Virus record (IMG/VR): IMGVR_UViG_3300013233_000773
Length of the DNA: 64,000 nt
Source of the DNA: a virus
Reading direction: 5' to 3' (one strand)
Shown: positions 9,129-18,609 of the stretch, one piece after another
How the letters are laid out: each line of letters begins with the position of its first letter
Numbering within the stretch: the first letter of the stretch is position 1
Program-made: the position numbers and the translations under genes
The notes under the pieces: model-generated
What the model was told of the DNA's origin: nothing
Database searches by the model: none
The model's input: the letters and a program-made list of their open reading frames with translations, nothing else

Positions 9129-9865
9129 CGCACCAGCTCGCGGACATCCAGGAGGTCGGCGTATAGCCTACCAGACCTCCCTATCTCCTCATTGAGCCCC
9201 GCTATCAGTTCGGAGCGCTCTGCCACCAGCTCACCCTCGCGTTCCTCCAGCAGGAAGACTATCTCGTCGCCGGACCCAGCCAGGGCAACCTTGGCCGCCT
9301 CGAGGGCCTTCCTCACCTCGTTCAGTCTGCGCTGGTTCCCTATGACCGCAGCCTTTGCGTCCGCCACCCTATTCTGCGAGGCCTTAAGGTCGGTGATCAG
9401 GCGCGCGAACGTCCTCTCTGACCCATCCACCAGTTTCGCGACCTGCTCGTCATCCAGACCAAGGTCAGACAGGTCCAGCTCGTTCGTGTCCTGCTGAAGG
9501 GACACCGTCTCCGGAACCTGGTCGTCGACGACCTGCTCGACCTGCTCCTCAGGACCGAACTCCAGGATCTGTCCCGACTCAAACTGCTTGCGCCCGTCCA
9601 TGGTCTCGGTACGACCACCGGCTGACACGTTGAAGACAAGCTTGCCCAACGAGTTCCTGCGCACCTTCGGCTCATGAATCCTATCAGGTAGACTCCGCAG
9701 TTCCTCTCCACGAAACAGTTCAAGGATGACCAACGAAGACCTAGGAGGATCCTCGCTGGAGACAAGGAAGGTAATGCTCTGCCCGTCCTCCGGGGTCCTC
9801 GGCAGCTCAGGTAGGTACAATGCAGTCGGAAATCCGATGATCACTGGTTGGCTCCGATGTCGCAC
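9125..9865 (-). CDS. hypothetical coiled-coil baseplate-region protein
   Basis: Overlaps both neighbours; helical C-terminus. Confidence 0.65.
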   Translation of the reverse strand: MRHRSQPVIIGFPTALYLPELPRTPEDGQSITFLVSSEDPPRSSLVILELFRGEELRSLPDRIHEPKVRRNSLGKLVFNVSAGGRTETMDGRKQFESGQILEFGPEEQVEQVVDDQVPETVSLQQDTNELDLSDLGLDDEQVAKLVDGSERTFARLITDLKASQNRVADAKAAVIGNQRRLNEVRKALEAAKVALAGSGDEIVFLLEEREGELVAERSELIAGLNEEIGRSGRLYADLLDVRELVR

Positions 9866-12000
9866 GACGTCACTATCTTTTCCTCTATCTCCTTGATCTC
9901 CTCGAGTGACTCGGCCCGGTCCTCAGGCTCGCGCTTGCCCTGCTTGACCTCCTCGGGATCGATGACATCGCTACCACCTGGCACCGTCGGAACGTTGAGG
10001 AAGAGGGCACCGCTGGTCAGCTTCATCCTACCACCGCCACCGCGCATGTCCACCGACGTCCCTGCATTCAGGCTGATCCTACTGCTGGCCTTGACGGCGA
10101 CGTCCTCTCCGATCACCTCCACCCTCTTGCTGGAGAATATCTGGACAGGACCGCCCGCCACAGTCTTGATGACTATCGAGCCATTGCCGTCATGGATACA
10201 GATGTACTGTTCCGACCCTTCCGCCCCGCGCCACACGCCCATCTTCTCGTTTCGCGAGAACCACATTCCACGGTGATCAATGTCAACCAGCTCGGTCCAT
10301 GGGCCGTCCGATCCGAACCTGCCGTCCCGCATCTCCACGCCCTGATTAAGGCCTATCTCGGCAGCTTCGAAGGGCTTGGGCTCAGGTCTCCTGCCATTGT
10401 CGCCACCAGCTGCAGTCTTCAGGCGGATATAGCCGTTGAACTTGTCCAGCTTGAGGTGATAGGTGTCCTTCTCCGGATCCTCGACCATGGCGGCCTTCAG
10501 GGCGAACTCGTTCTCGGCCAGCCCGCGCCAGTTTCTGCACAGGTCTCCCTTCAGGTCGGTGCACATCATGACGTAGTCGAACCGGTCGTTGAGCTCAATC
10601 ACCTTGGACTTCGGCGAATACCACCTAGTGGTGTTCAGCTCGTCCTTGTCGTTCGCCTCTATGGCGAAGCCTCGCGAGGACTCCCTCTCGCTCGGCTCGC
10701 TCTCCCAGGAGCGGACGGACTTGAGCATCCAGCCGTTCCCGCGCGGTGCCTCCTCCGTGTCAGCGTTGCGCGGGTCCGTTCCCCTGTCGTCCAGGACGAA
10801 CTTTGAGCCCCACCTAGTGACTATCCTGATCTGCCTTGCATCCCTTCCGGTCCAGTCCGAGTCTATCTCCCCGTCCGGCCCAGCACCTAGCTCGTCAATG
10901 AGTAGCCTCTTATAGAACTTGTCCTCCTCTGGGTGGAAGCCCATGTCCATAGCCTGGATGAGGTGCCCGCCCTTGGTGCGCAGCTTAACCCATCGTTCGT
11001 CCGTATTGTCCCACTTCGACAGGACGCGCGGCTCTCCATATTCACCGTCGCGGGAACGTCCTCCGACGCTGTCGCAGCCGGACATGGCCCCGCCCTTCTG
11101 TGCCCAACCAACGTCGCGCATCTCGAACTTGTGCCCGGCCCTGGTCCTGATCTCGTAGCGCCGCTGGTCCCCATCCTCAGAGACCGGGACATCCTCGTTG
11201 AACAGCCTAGTGAGGTACTTGTACCTCTTGACCTCGAAGGGCCTATCCTTGTCGAAGTCTCCCTCGAACTCTCCAAGATCCCCGTCCCCACCAGATCCTC
11301 CTTCTCCTGCCTTCGACCACCAGTACCCGACGTCGGAGTGGATGGCGTAGGTTCCGTACTTGGACGTCCTGACCATGTACTTCCTGTCGGGATCGTTGAC
11401 GAGCGGTGATTTCCCCTTCTGAAACTGCTTCATGGAGACGGCGTCGGTCCCGGTCGGGGCTGCCCGGTCGGCGTGTTCGACCGGGAAGAAGCCCACCGAG
11501 CTCACCATGTCGAACGACCCGTAGCGGTCACGGGTTCCGAGCGACATGGGCCTGCGGTCCTTGGGAAGGTACTCGACCAGCGCGTCGTCCGGCCTCTCGT
11601 CAGCAGTCTCGTCCTCCTTGAGCGCAAGCGGCGGCTCGACGTACAGTCCTTCGAGCGGATATCTCTTGCGGCGCGTGCCCATCGCAAATCCGAACCAGAG
11701 GATGTTGTACGGGTGATTCTTCTCGAACTGCACCCAGACGACGTCCCCTATGACTGGATGATACCAGGTTCCGGCGTTCTTTCCTCCGAACCATGGCGCA
11801 CGCTCCGCCCATGGGCACTGCTCGGGCTTGAGGTCGAAGTCATGCAGCTCCGGGCACTTTACGCGCACCCTGTGCATCTGGAGCGGATCGTTGGTCTCCA
11901 CGACGAGTGCGCGGTAGAATCCGTGGAACCGGTCTGAAAGTGCCCTTGTGCGCTCGGCGTTGAACTTCTGCCATATGCGTGATATGTTGTCTTCGAACAT
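9841..12000 (-). CDS. baseplate central spike gp5/VgrG-like protein
   Basis: OB-fold motif YRALVVETNDPLQMHRVRVKCP...PVIGDVVWVQFE; RTRAGH/TKGGH repeats; beta-helix-like C-terminus. Confidence 0.85.
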   Translation of the reverse strand: MFEDNISRIWQKFNAERTRALSDRFHGFYRALVVETNDPLQMHRVRVKCPELHDFDLKPEQCPWAERAPWFGGKNAGTWYHPVIGDVVWVQFEKNHPYNILWFGFAMGTRRKRYPLEGLYVEPPLALKEDETADERPDDALVEYLPKDRRPMSLGTRDRYGSFDMVSSVGFFPVEHADRAAPTGTDAVSMKQFQKGKSPLVNDPDRKYMVRTSKYGTYAIHSDVGYWWSKAGEGGSGGDGDLGEFEGDFDKDRPFEVKRYKYLTRLFNEDVPVSEDGDQRRYEIRTRAGHKFEMRDVGWAQKGGAMSGCDSVGGRSRDGEYGEPRVLSKWDNTDERWVKLRTKGGHLIQAMDMGFHPEEDKFYKRLLIDELGAGPDGEIDSDWTGRDARQIRIVTRWGSKFVLDDRGTDPRNADTEEAPRGNGWMLKSVRSWESEPSERESSRGFAIEANDKDELNTTRWYSPKSKVIELNDRFDYVMMCTDLKGDLCRNWRGLAENEFALKAAMVEDPEKDTYHLKLDKFNGYIRLKTAAGGDNGRRPEPKPFEAAEIGLNQGVEMRDGRFGSDGPWTELVDIDHRGMWFSRNEKMGVWRGAEGSEQYICIHDGNGSIVIKTVAGGPVQIFSSKRVEVIGEDVAVKASSRISLNAGTSVDMRGGGGRMKLTSGALFLNVPTVPGGSDVIDPEEVKQGKREPEDRAESLEEIKEIEEKIVTSCDIGANQ

Positions 12001-12004
12001 GTTA

Positions 12005-12313
12005 CTATCTTACCAGGGAGGCGGCTGGAAGGCGTATCGTAGTGCCGGTAAGGGGCCATCCGAGAGGATTCTGTGGGCGGTTGAACATCACGACGACCCA
12101 TGCCAGCAACGGCGTTCCGTACTGCTGCTGGGCAATTAGGTCCGGACGACCGGCCAGGTCCTGGTCTATGGCGATCTCGAGGACGTCGTCGTCGTCAAGC
12201 AGGGATTCGTCGACGAAGGACGGACGCGTCCACAGACCGAAGGTGACGTGGCCGTCCTTGGTGACGATCTGGGTCCCGCTGAACCTGGAGAAAGGCCTGA
12301 TCTCTATCGCCAT
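12005..12313 (-). CDS. baseplate wedge gp53 / LysM tail-X-like protein
   Basis: GRPDLIAQQQYGTPLLAWVVVMFN...GTTIRLP. Confidence 0.8.
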   Translation of the reverse strand: MAIEIRPFSRFSGTQIVTKDGHVTFGLWTRPSFVDESLLDDDDVLEIAIDQDLAGRPDLIAQQQYGTPLLAWVVVMFNRPQNPLGWPLTGTTIRLPAASLVR

Positions 12314-12314
12314 G

Positions 12315-12890
12315 TTATGCCCACTTCGGCTTGAAGGTCTGCAGCTGTCCGCCCTGCTTCACCTTGTTCTTGTCGCCCTTTTTCTTCTTTTTATCGGTTA
12401 TGGTGAGATTCGTGGCTATCTTCATGGTCAGAGTGCACTTGGAGTACAGCGGATAGGGTTTCGACTGGTGTATCACGAGTTCTGGGCCATACTGTATATT
12501 GACGTCCATTAGCCTAAACGGTATTAGCTCGGGCAGTATCTCGCCGTACCTGACCATAACCGTCGGAAACTTCTCCGCGTTGGTCACGAAGTACAGCTTT
12601 ACCCTGCGCAGCTCCTCCGCTATCTTGGCACCGGTGAAGACGTCGCTGGTCGCTATGTACTCCCATTCCATCTGCACCTGTCTGGCCGTCGCTCCGCGCG
12701 CTATCGCCACCGGCTCGCTGGAGAAGACGGCAATCTCGCTCCAGTTGATGCTGTTGCTCTCAGAGATGATCTTGGGTGGGAACTGGAACTTGACCTTGCC
12801 TCCACCGGCCCCGAGACCACTCTTCGGCATAATCAGCTCGATGTCACACAGCAGAGCCTTCTCGAATGGAATGAGGTTTTCGTCAGGCAT
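12315..12890 (-). CDS. tail tube initiator / CIS tube-like baseplate protein
   Basis: FQFPPKIISES...W...ARQVQMEWEY; position between tape measure and LysM genes. Confidence 0.6.
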   Translation of the reverse strand: MPDENLIPFEKALLCDIELIMPKSGLGAGGGKVKFQFPPKIISESNSINWSEIAVFSSEPVAIARGATARQVQMEWEYIATSDVFTGAKIAEELRRVKLYFVTNAEKFPTVMVRYGEILPELIPFRLMDVNIQYGPELVIHQSKPYPLYSKCTLTMKIATNLTITDKKKKKGDKNKVKQGGQLQTFKPKWA

Positions 12891-12893
12891 GGT

Positions 12894-15800
12894 CTAGGTC
12901 CACTGGTTCGCGCTGGGAGCGAGGCCCTTGTTGCCCTTCTCCTTGATCTCAGAGAGATGCTCGGCCGAGGCTCCGAGCCACTTCATCAGCTCCCTGCCGT
13001 CCGGCATCCTCTCTCCTATGCGGGCTAACATCTCGTTCTGCTCCGTCAGCAGACGCAACTGCGTCTCACCAGGCTTTCCGCCAGGCTTCTCCATCTCCTC
13101 GTTGCCGACGAGAGCTGTCTTCATCGGCACGGCCCTGCTACGTGGCCCGCCGCCAAACAGCGAAGCAACTCTACTGAGACTGCCCTTTATGGGCTCCAAC
13201 GGGATCCTTTTCGCCTGTTCAACCTGATATGCCCTTTTCAGGGCAGCTCTTCGCGCAGCGGCAACGTCCTCAGTCGCTCCCTTCTGGCCCGTAAAGCCCT
13301 TAACGAGACCACTAGCTGCGCGCATGATTCCCATTGCCTTCGACAATCCTACACGGGGTCCACGCGCAACCGTGGGCTTACGCCTGGTAACACGCCTAGC
13401 AGACCTGCCGGGAGCCATCGCAGTACGAACAGCCTTGCCGATCCGGGCCCCAACCGCTGGGTGGACAGCATGTCCTACAATGCTGCTCTCGATCCTTGCA
13501 AGCCTGCCGTCTATGCTCGCTAATCCCTTGTTTATCTCTCCCAACCCGGCCAGGACCTTTCCGTCACTGTTTGCCACCATGCCTGTACCGGTCCTCCCGG
13601 CGTGCTTAGCAAGGAATTTACTGAGCACTGAGCTAGCAGTCCCCTTCTTTTTCTTCTCGACGTTAGCGGCAGACGCTACCTTGGCCCGCTTCTGCTCGGC
13701 CTTAGCGGCGTCTACGGTCTTTTTGTGGACGTCCGCCACGGCCTTGGCCCGCTTCTGCTCGGCCTTGGCCGACCCGACCGTGGCCACGTGCGACTTCTTG
13801 ACCTCCTTGCCGATCCTCGCCTCCGCTGACGCCCCCTTTGCCCTTTCCTTGTTGGCCGCAGCGACCGCCTTGTGCTGCTTTGCCTCCCTCGCGGACATTT
13901 CGGCAGTCAGCTTATCAATCTGTGCTGCAACCTTTCTGCGTTCCTTGATATCCTTTCCGGCCAGGCTCTTCTTGAGCTGCGCGATCTTCTTCTCGGTCGC
14001 GTTCTTTTCTACTGCAGCGAACTTCTTCCGCATCTTGATTGCGTGCCTATCCTGCTCTCCCTCGGCACTGAAGAGATTCTTCACCCATCGATAGGCCTTG
14101 ACCGCCTTGGATCCGAGCCAGGTGAAGGCCTTGCCAATGCCGGTAATCTTGTCTATCCACTTCCCGATCTTCCATCCAATGAAGGCAGCTCCTATAAGGG
14201 CTATTGCCTCACCTGCCACAACCAACACGCCAGTCAAGCCTGCAGCACCAACAGCTCCGACAACACCCATGACGGCCTCTGCGACCACAGGCAGGACGGT
14301 TTCAGCAAAGATGCCGAACAGGCTAAAGACGGTAGAGGCGATGCCAAACAGCGAGCTAAGGCCGCCAATGATGGCACCTGCCGCAGCGACGGCAATGATG
14401 CGCCAGTCGCCGAATATATCCATGAAGCCTGACTTCCTTAGCATCTCCACTAGCTTTCCGACCTCGTCCTGAACGCCCTGGAGGCTGATCTGGACCTTGG
14501 CCACGGCCTGGCCGACGGTCAGTGCGAGTTTACGGTAGGTATTCTCCGTATCCTTGGCCCCCTCCTTAAGCTTATCTGTAGCTGCCTTTGTATGGTCAGG
14601 AGCCTTCGATATGCCATTGACCGCGTCCTGAATGCCCTTCTCTGTCATCGTGGACAGAAGCCGGAGCTGCTTTATTCCACCTGCAACACTGCTGCCCGTA
14701 GCGGCCTTTATGCGCGCCTCCAGGTCTATGGTGGACTGACCGGCGGCCTTACGCGCCTTGAACTCCTTGAGCATCGCCTTGGCGGCGTTCTGCATGACCG
14801 TCATCCGTTCCTGGATGGTCATGTTCATCATCTTGCTCTGGCTTACCTGGCTTCCGAGAATCTTGGAGAACTTTATCGCCTCTTCGGTGTCGAACGCCCG
14901 GTCCGTGACCTGCTGGACCTCGCCAGTGTTTATGCCGAGCTTCTTTGCGGCAGCGACTCCGGCCATGACCGTCTTGTTCCAGCGTGCCATCTGGACGACT
15001 CCCGAAGATCCCATGAAGATGGAGTCCTGAGCCAGCTTGACCATTAGCTGATCGATCTCTGCCGAGGTCAGTTGTAGGTCCTTGGCGGCGGTCTGCATCT
15101 CGACCATGCTCTTCGTCGCAAGGTCTAGCTTGTCCACCGATCCGCCTGCCGTGACGACCATTGCGTCCATGGTCTTCACCATGCGCGCGATGGCGTCAGT
15201 GCTTGCGCCGGTCGTCCTGTTCAGGCTGGCTACCCCCATCCGTAGCTTCATTACTCTGTCTCTGCTGTTTCCGAACATGGTCAGCGAAGTCGTGGCCGCC
15301 GTAACCTCCTTGGAAAGGAGGGGCATTCCCTTGGCGGTCATCACACGTATCTCGCTGGCCAGCCCCCGCATCGTTCCTATGCCACGGAACTGTATCAGGT
15401 GAAAGGCCTCCTCCTGCTGCATGGCCTCCATTATCCCGACCTTGTACAGTCCAGTCAGGGACAGTAGTTCACCGAGCTTGCCCATGCCGACCACGTCAAG
15501 ACCCTTCCTGAGACCAGACTTGACATGGTCCACCAGACCGCCCATCTTCTTGAAGACGGCACTCATGCCGCCCGCCACTACGGATCCAACTCGCATTGTC
15601 TTGACGAACTTGCCGCCCTGCAGAACCTGCTCCTCTATGTCCTTGACTCGTTCGTCATCCTGCTTAAGACCCTTCTTTCCGATCTTAAGCCTCCCTTTGT
15701 TCTGCTTCTCCATGAACCCATAGAACTTGCGCCACATAACCTGGAACTTGGTCTGCTTCTTCTCGTTCTTGTTCTGGTCCTTCTGAAAACCAGTGTTGGT

Positions 15801-16193
15801 CTTGCCGAACTTCTTAAGATTCTTCTCCGCAGTCTCCGCTCCTCCTCCACCGCTGCGCTGCGCGGCCACCATCGTCTCCTGAGCCTGCTGCACCGCGTCC
15901 ACCTGTGCCTGCCCAGCCCTAGCCGCCTGCCCGGCCATGTCGCGGTATGACCTGGAGGCCCTATCGACTGCGGCTGGCTGACCGCCCAGGACGTCAAGTG
16001 CTCTCTGGAACTGCTGCGCTATGCGTGAGCCCGCAGACTCGCCGGTTGCGCCAAAGGCATCGAGCTTCCTCTGGACGGAGGCAACCTTGGTCTCGAGCTC
16101 GTTGAGGACGTTTACGGCACCGCGCAGTACCTCCGTGGCGTTGTCCTGGAGGTTCAGGGAGAGGCTGAGGGCATAGGTGTTGATGTCGGACAC
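12894..16193 (-). CDS. tail tape measure protein
   Basis: 1099 aa, Ala/Lys-rich helical with a central hydrophobic segment, inside the baseplate module. Confidence 0.75.
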   Translation of the reverse strand: MSDINTYALSLSLNLQDNATEVLRGAVNVLNELETKVASVQRKLDAFGATGESAGSRIAQQFQRALDVLGGQPAAVDRASRSYRDMAGQAARAGQAQVDAVQQAQETMVAAQRSGGGGAETAEKNLKKFGKTNTGFQKDQNKNEKKQTKFQVMWRKFYGFMEKQNKGRLKIGKKGLKQDDERVKDIEEQVLQGGKFVKTMRVGSVVAGGMSAVFKKMGGLVDHVKSGLRKGLDVVGMGKLGELLSLTGLYKVGIMEAMQQEEAFHLIQFRGIGTMRGLASEIRVMTAKGMPLLSKEVTAATTSLTMFGNSRDRVMKLRMGVASLNRTTGASTDAIARMVKTMDAMVVTAGGSVDKLDLATKSMVEMQTAAKDLQLTSAEIDQLMVKLAQDSIFMGSSGVVQMARWNKTVMAGVAAAKKLGINTGEVQQVTDRAFDTEEAIKFSKILGSQVSQSKMMNMTIQERMTVMQNAAKAMLKEFKARKAAGQSTIDLEARIKAATGSSVAGGIKQLRLLSTMTEKGIQDAVNGISKAPDHTKAATDKLKEGAKDTENTYRKLALTVGQAVAKVQISLQGVQDEVGKLVEMLRKSGFMDIFGDWRIIAVAAAGAIIGGLSSLFGIASTVFSLFGIFAETVLPVVAEAVMGVVGAVGAAGLTGVLVVAGEAIALIGAAFIGWKIGKWIDKITGIGKAFTWLGSKAVKAYRWVKNLFSAEGEQDRHAIKMRKKFAAVEKNATEKKIAQLKKSLAGKDIKERRKVAAQIDKLTAEMSAREAKQHKAVAAANKERAKGASAEARIGKEVKKSHVATVGSAKAEQKRAKAVADVHKKTVDAAKAEQKRAKVASAANVEKKKKGTASSVLSKFLAKHAGRTGTGMVANSDGKVLAGLGEINKGLASIDGRLARIESSIVGHAVHPAVGARIGKAVRTAMAPGRSARRVTRRKPTVARGPRVGLSKAMGIMRAASGLVKGFTGQKGATEDVAAARRAALKRAYQVEQAKRIPLEPIKGSLSRVASLFGGGPRSRAVPMKTALVGNEEMEKPGGKPGETQLRLLTEQNEMLARIGERMPDGRELMKWLGASAEHLSEIKEKGNKGLAPSANQWT

Positions 16194-16195
16194 GC

Positions 16196-17527
16196 CTATT
16201 TCCCCTTCGGTTCAGGAATCTTCTTCGCTTCCGCGTTCCAGTCTAGCCTGTTGCAGTATAGGTCCGTCAACCACCGGTGCGTGCTCACGCGATGGTGGAA
16301 CCCATAGACCATCCAGTTACCGCTCAGGAACATGTCCTTACTGCCAGTCTCCGTCCAAGTGAGCTTCAAGTACGAGACCCCAAGGTTATGGGTGTCAGCA
16401 AGCTTCTTGCTCGGATCTCCAAGGATCGTCAGCTTCAGCCGCATGACGTGCTTCAGCATGTCCAGGAACCTGGTACGGGCACGCCCGTCGATATATTTGT
16501 CGTATCCGATTCCGACGTCCCCGGCATTATGCTGCGGAATGCTGGCGATCGACGTCGACCACTCGTGAGGCTTCTCGACTGGATTCGTCCTGGTCGGTCC
16601 GACCACTCCGCTCGGCGCAGACGGCTTAGTAAACCCGCGCTCCTGGTCCAGCTCGACGTTCCACTTTGCCGAAGTGCGCTCGTCATAGACGTGGACGACC
16701 TTCCTCGGCCTGTCCTGGACCCTGTCAAAATACCTCTCGGACACGGACGACAGGCCGTGCGTTATCAGCTGCTTCTGGAACGCAGAGATGTAGGGATCGG
16801 CGAGGAACTGAAAGGTGGTCCCATCGTTTGCGGACGGAGCCGCAGAGTTGAACACGTACGACCTATAGAACTCCGGCTTCCTGGCGGCCTGCTCCATCAC
16901 ATGGATGGCACCCCTAGTATCGAGGTCGCCGTCACTGGATACGATGTACTGCGTCCTCTGCCTGGTGACCGAGCTAGACCAGTCGATCAGAGAGCCCAGG
17001 AACGTCTTGGGATCCTGGCGCATCTGCCACCACTGGTTCTGGTCCGAGTCGTCCGTCTCGCTTACCCGAACCTCCCCGCCGCCGTTAGGATCCTGAAAGT
17101 ACTTCTGCAGGACCTGCTTCATGACACCGCTGACCTTGCCCTGGTATACGTCTCCGGAGCAGTCGCCGGCATTAAGCCACCAGGTAGGTGGGTCGACCAC
17201 CACGACCGTGAAGGATCCAGAGATGTTCACTCCGGACGCATCGACGTCCGAGAGATATCCGAAGTGGACGCCCGTGGTCTCCTTCTCTCCGCGCCACTTA
17301 AGCTCGAATTGAACGGGGGTAGGAGCCCTTCGCCCGTTGCGGAGATAACCCCTCGTGATCAGGTCGCGGAGAAGCTCCCAGTAGCTGTCGCGGAACTCGA
17401 CCCGCAGGACGAACCCACCGTTCACGAAGGCCATCCAGTCGACCTTGGTGAAGAGATGTCCCGCCTCGGGACCGTCCGCCACCCGTATGGAGAGCTCCGG
17501 CTGATGTGACGTGGTCCTCTTTGACAT
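16196..17527 (-). CDS. baseplate hub protein (gp27/late control D-like)
   Basis: YQGKVSGVMKQVL; LSGNWMVYGFHHRV; start MSKRTT with GGAGGAG upstream. Confidence 0.6.
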   Translation of the reverse strand: MSKRTTSHQPELSIRVADGPEAGHLFTKVDWMAFVNGGFVLRVEFRDSYWELLRDLITRGYLRNGRRAPTPVQFELKWRGEKETTGVHFGYLSDVDASGVNISGSFTVVVVDPPTWWLNAGDCSGDVYQGKVSGVMKQVLQKYFQDPNGGGEVRVSETDDSDQNQWWQMRQDPKTFLGSLIDWSSSVTRQRTQYIVSSDGDLDTRGAIHVMEQAARKPEFYRSYVFNSAAPSANDGTTFQFLADPYISAFQKQLITHGLSSVSERYFDRVQDRPRKVVHVYDERTSAKWNVELDQERGFTKPSAPSGVVGPTRTNPVEKPHEWSTSIASIPQHNAGDVGIGYDKYIDGRARTRFLDMLKHVMRLKLTILGDPSKKLADTHNLGVSYLKLTWTETGSKDMFLSGNWMVYGFHHRVSTHRWLTDLYCNRLDWNAEAKKIPEPKGK

Positions 17528-17582
17528 GCGCTCCTCCGGCCACCAATATCTATCTTTCAGCGACCGGCAGCGAAGCTGGAAT

Positions 17583-18599
17583 TCAGACCATGGCGGCCAG
17601 AACGGACATGTCAAGGACCGATCTGTGCCCAAGAAGATACCGCAGGGCCGTCCCGCACCCTCCCTTCCTGTCCATGTCGTTCCAATCTATTCCAGAAGGA
17701 GGAAGGCAATATTCAAGCCGGCACTTTCTGCGGAACATGAAGAAGTGGTCCCGCAGGGACTTCGCGCCGGCCTCGTCCGCATCCGGCGCGAACAGCAGGA
17801 CCTCGGGGGCCAGTGCAAGAACCTTCCTGGCCTGCCTGCCACCCTCGGTCATTGCCGCCCCGCCCGTAGCGACGCAATCATCCCCTATACTAAGACAGTT
17901 AAAGATGGACTCCACGACGACCAGGCAGGGACACGGTTGCTCGACGTTATCGAAATTGTACAGCCAGTCCGTCTTGCGCAGGCCAGTCCTGCCCTCGTCC
18001 GGGAAGTTGAACGACTTCGCCAGGAAGCTACGCTCCTGCCAGTAGACCATCTCGCCGTACTCGTGATATGGGAAGACTATCGTCGATGGAGTATATCCCA
18101 GACCGGCCGTCTCGACGGTCTGTTCGTCCATGCTCCTACTCAGGAGATAGTTCAGCGCATACTTCCTAATAACGTGGTCCCTGCGCTCAGAGAACATGAC
18201 CGTACCATCAGGAAGGTCCACCAGGTCGACCGGTGCCTGTGCCCTCCTCTCGTCGTCCTGCACCTGGCCGGACGCGACCGCTCCAGTGCAGGACGACAAT
18301 ATCTCCCTCACGGCAGCCCTGTAAGTCAGCCCCCTGTACTTGCGGACGAATCCGATGAACGAGCCGTTGTACTGCCTGTGGTTTGGGCGGTAGTCATTTA
18401 CCCAAAAGTCACAGAGAGGCTTGCCGTTCCTGCCGCGCCTGCTATGTAGCTCCTTGCGCACGGTGCTGACGTTGAGCCTAAAGGCCCTGTCACCGTCCGG
18501 ATTGCATATGTGCAGCTCCTGTCCGCCCTTCCTGGAGCGGAACTCGAAGTTCTTGGCGATCCATGCCTTGACGTGTTCTGGCGTTATCCTTGCGCGCAC
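17583..18599 (-). CDS. DNA primase (DnaG/T4 gp61-like, TOPRIM)
   Basis: YLLSRSM, IVFPY, YWQERS, VVVESIFN, FAPDADEAG, DWND. Confidence 0.8.
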   Translation of the reverse strand: MRARITPEHVKAWIAKNFEFRSRKGGQELHICNPDGDRAFRLNVSTVRKELHSRRGRNGKPLCDFWVNDYRPNHRQYNGSFIGFVRKYRGLTYRAAVREILSSCTGAVASGQVQDDERRAQAPVDLVDLPDGTVMFSERRDHVIRKYALNYLLSRSMDEQTVETAGLGYTPSTIVFPYHEYGEMVYWQERSFLAKSFNFPDEGRTGLRKTDWLYNFDNVEQPCPCLVVVESIFNCLSIGDDCVATGGAAMTEGGRQARKVLALAPEVLLFAPDADEAGAKSLRDHFFMFRRKCRLEYCLPPSGIDWNDMDRKGGCGTALRYLLGHRSVLDMSVLAAMV

Positions 18600-18609
18600 G
18601 GCCTCTCCG

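Noticed and set aside
6992-17527. Bacterial eCIS/T6SS locus
   Set aside because: Embedded among phage-type replication, neck and fibre genes with no host housekeeping context
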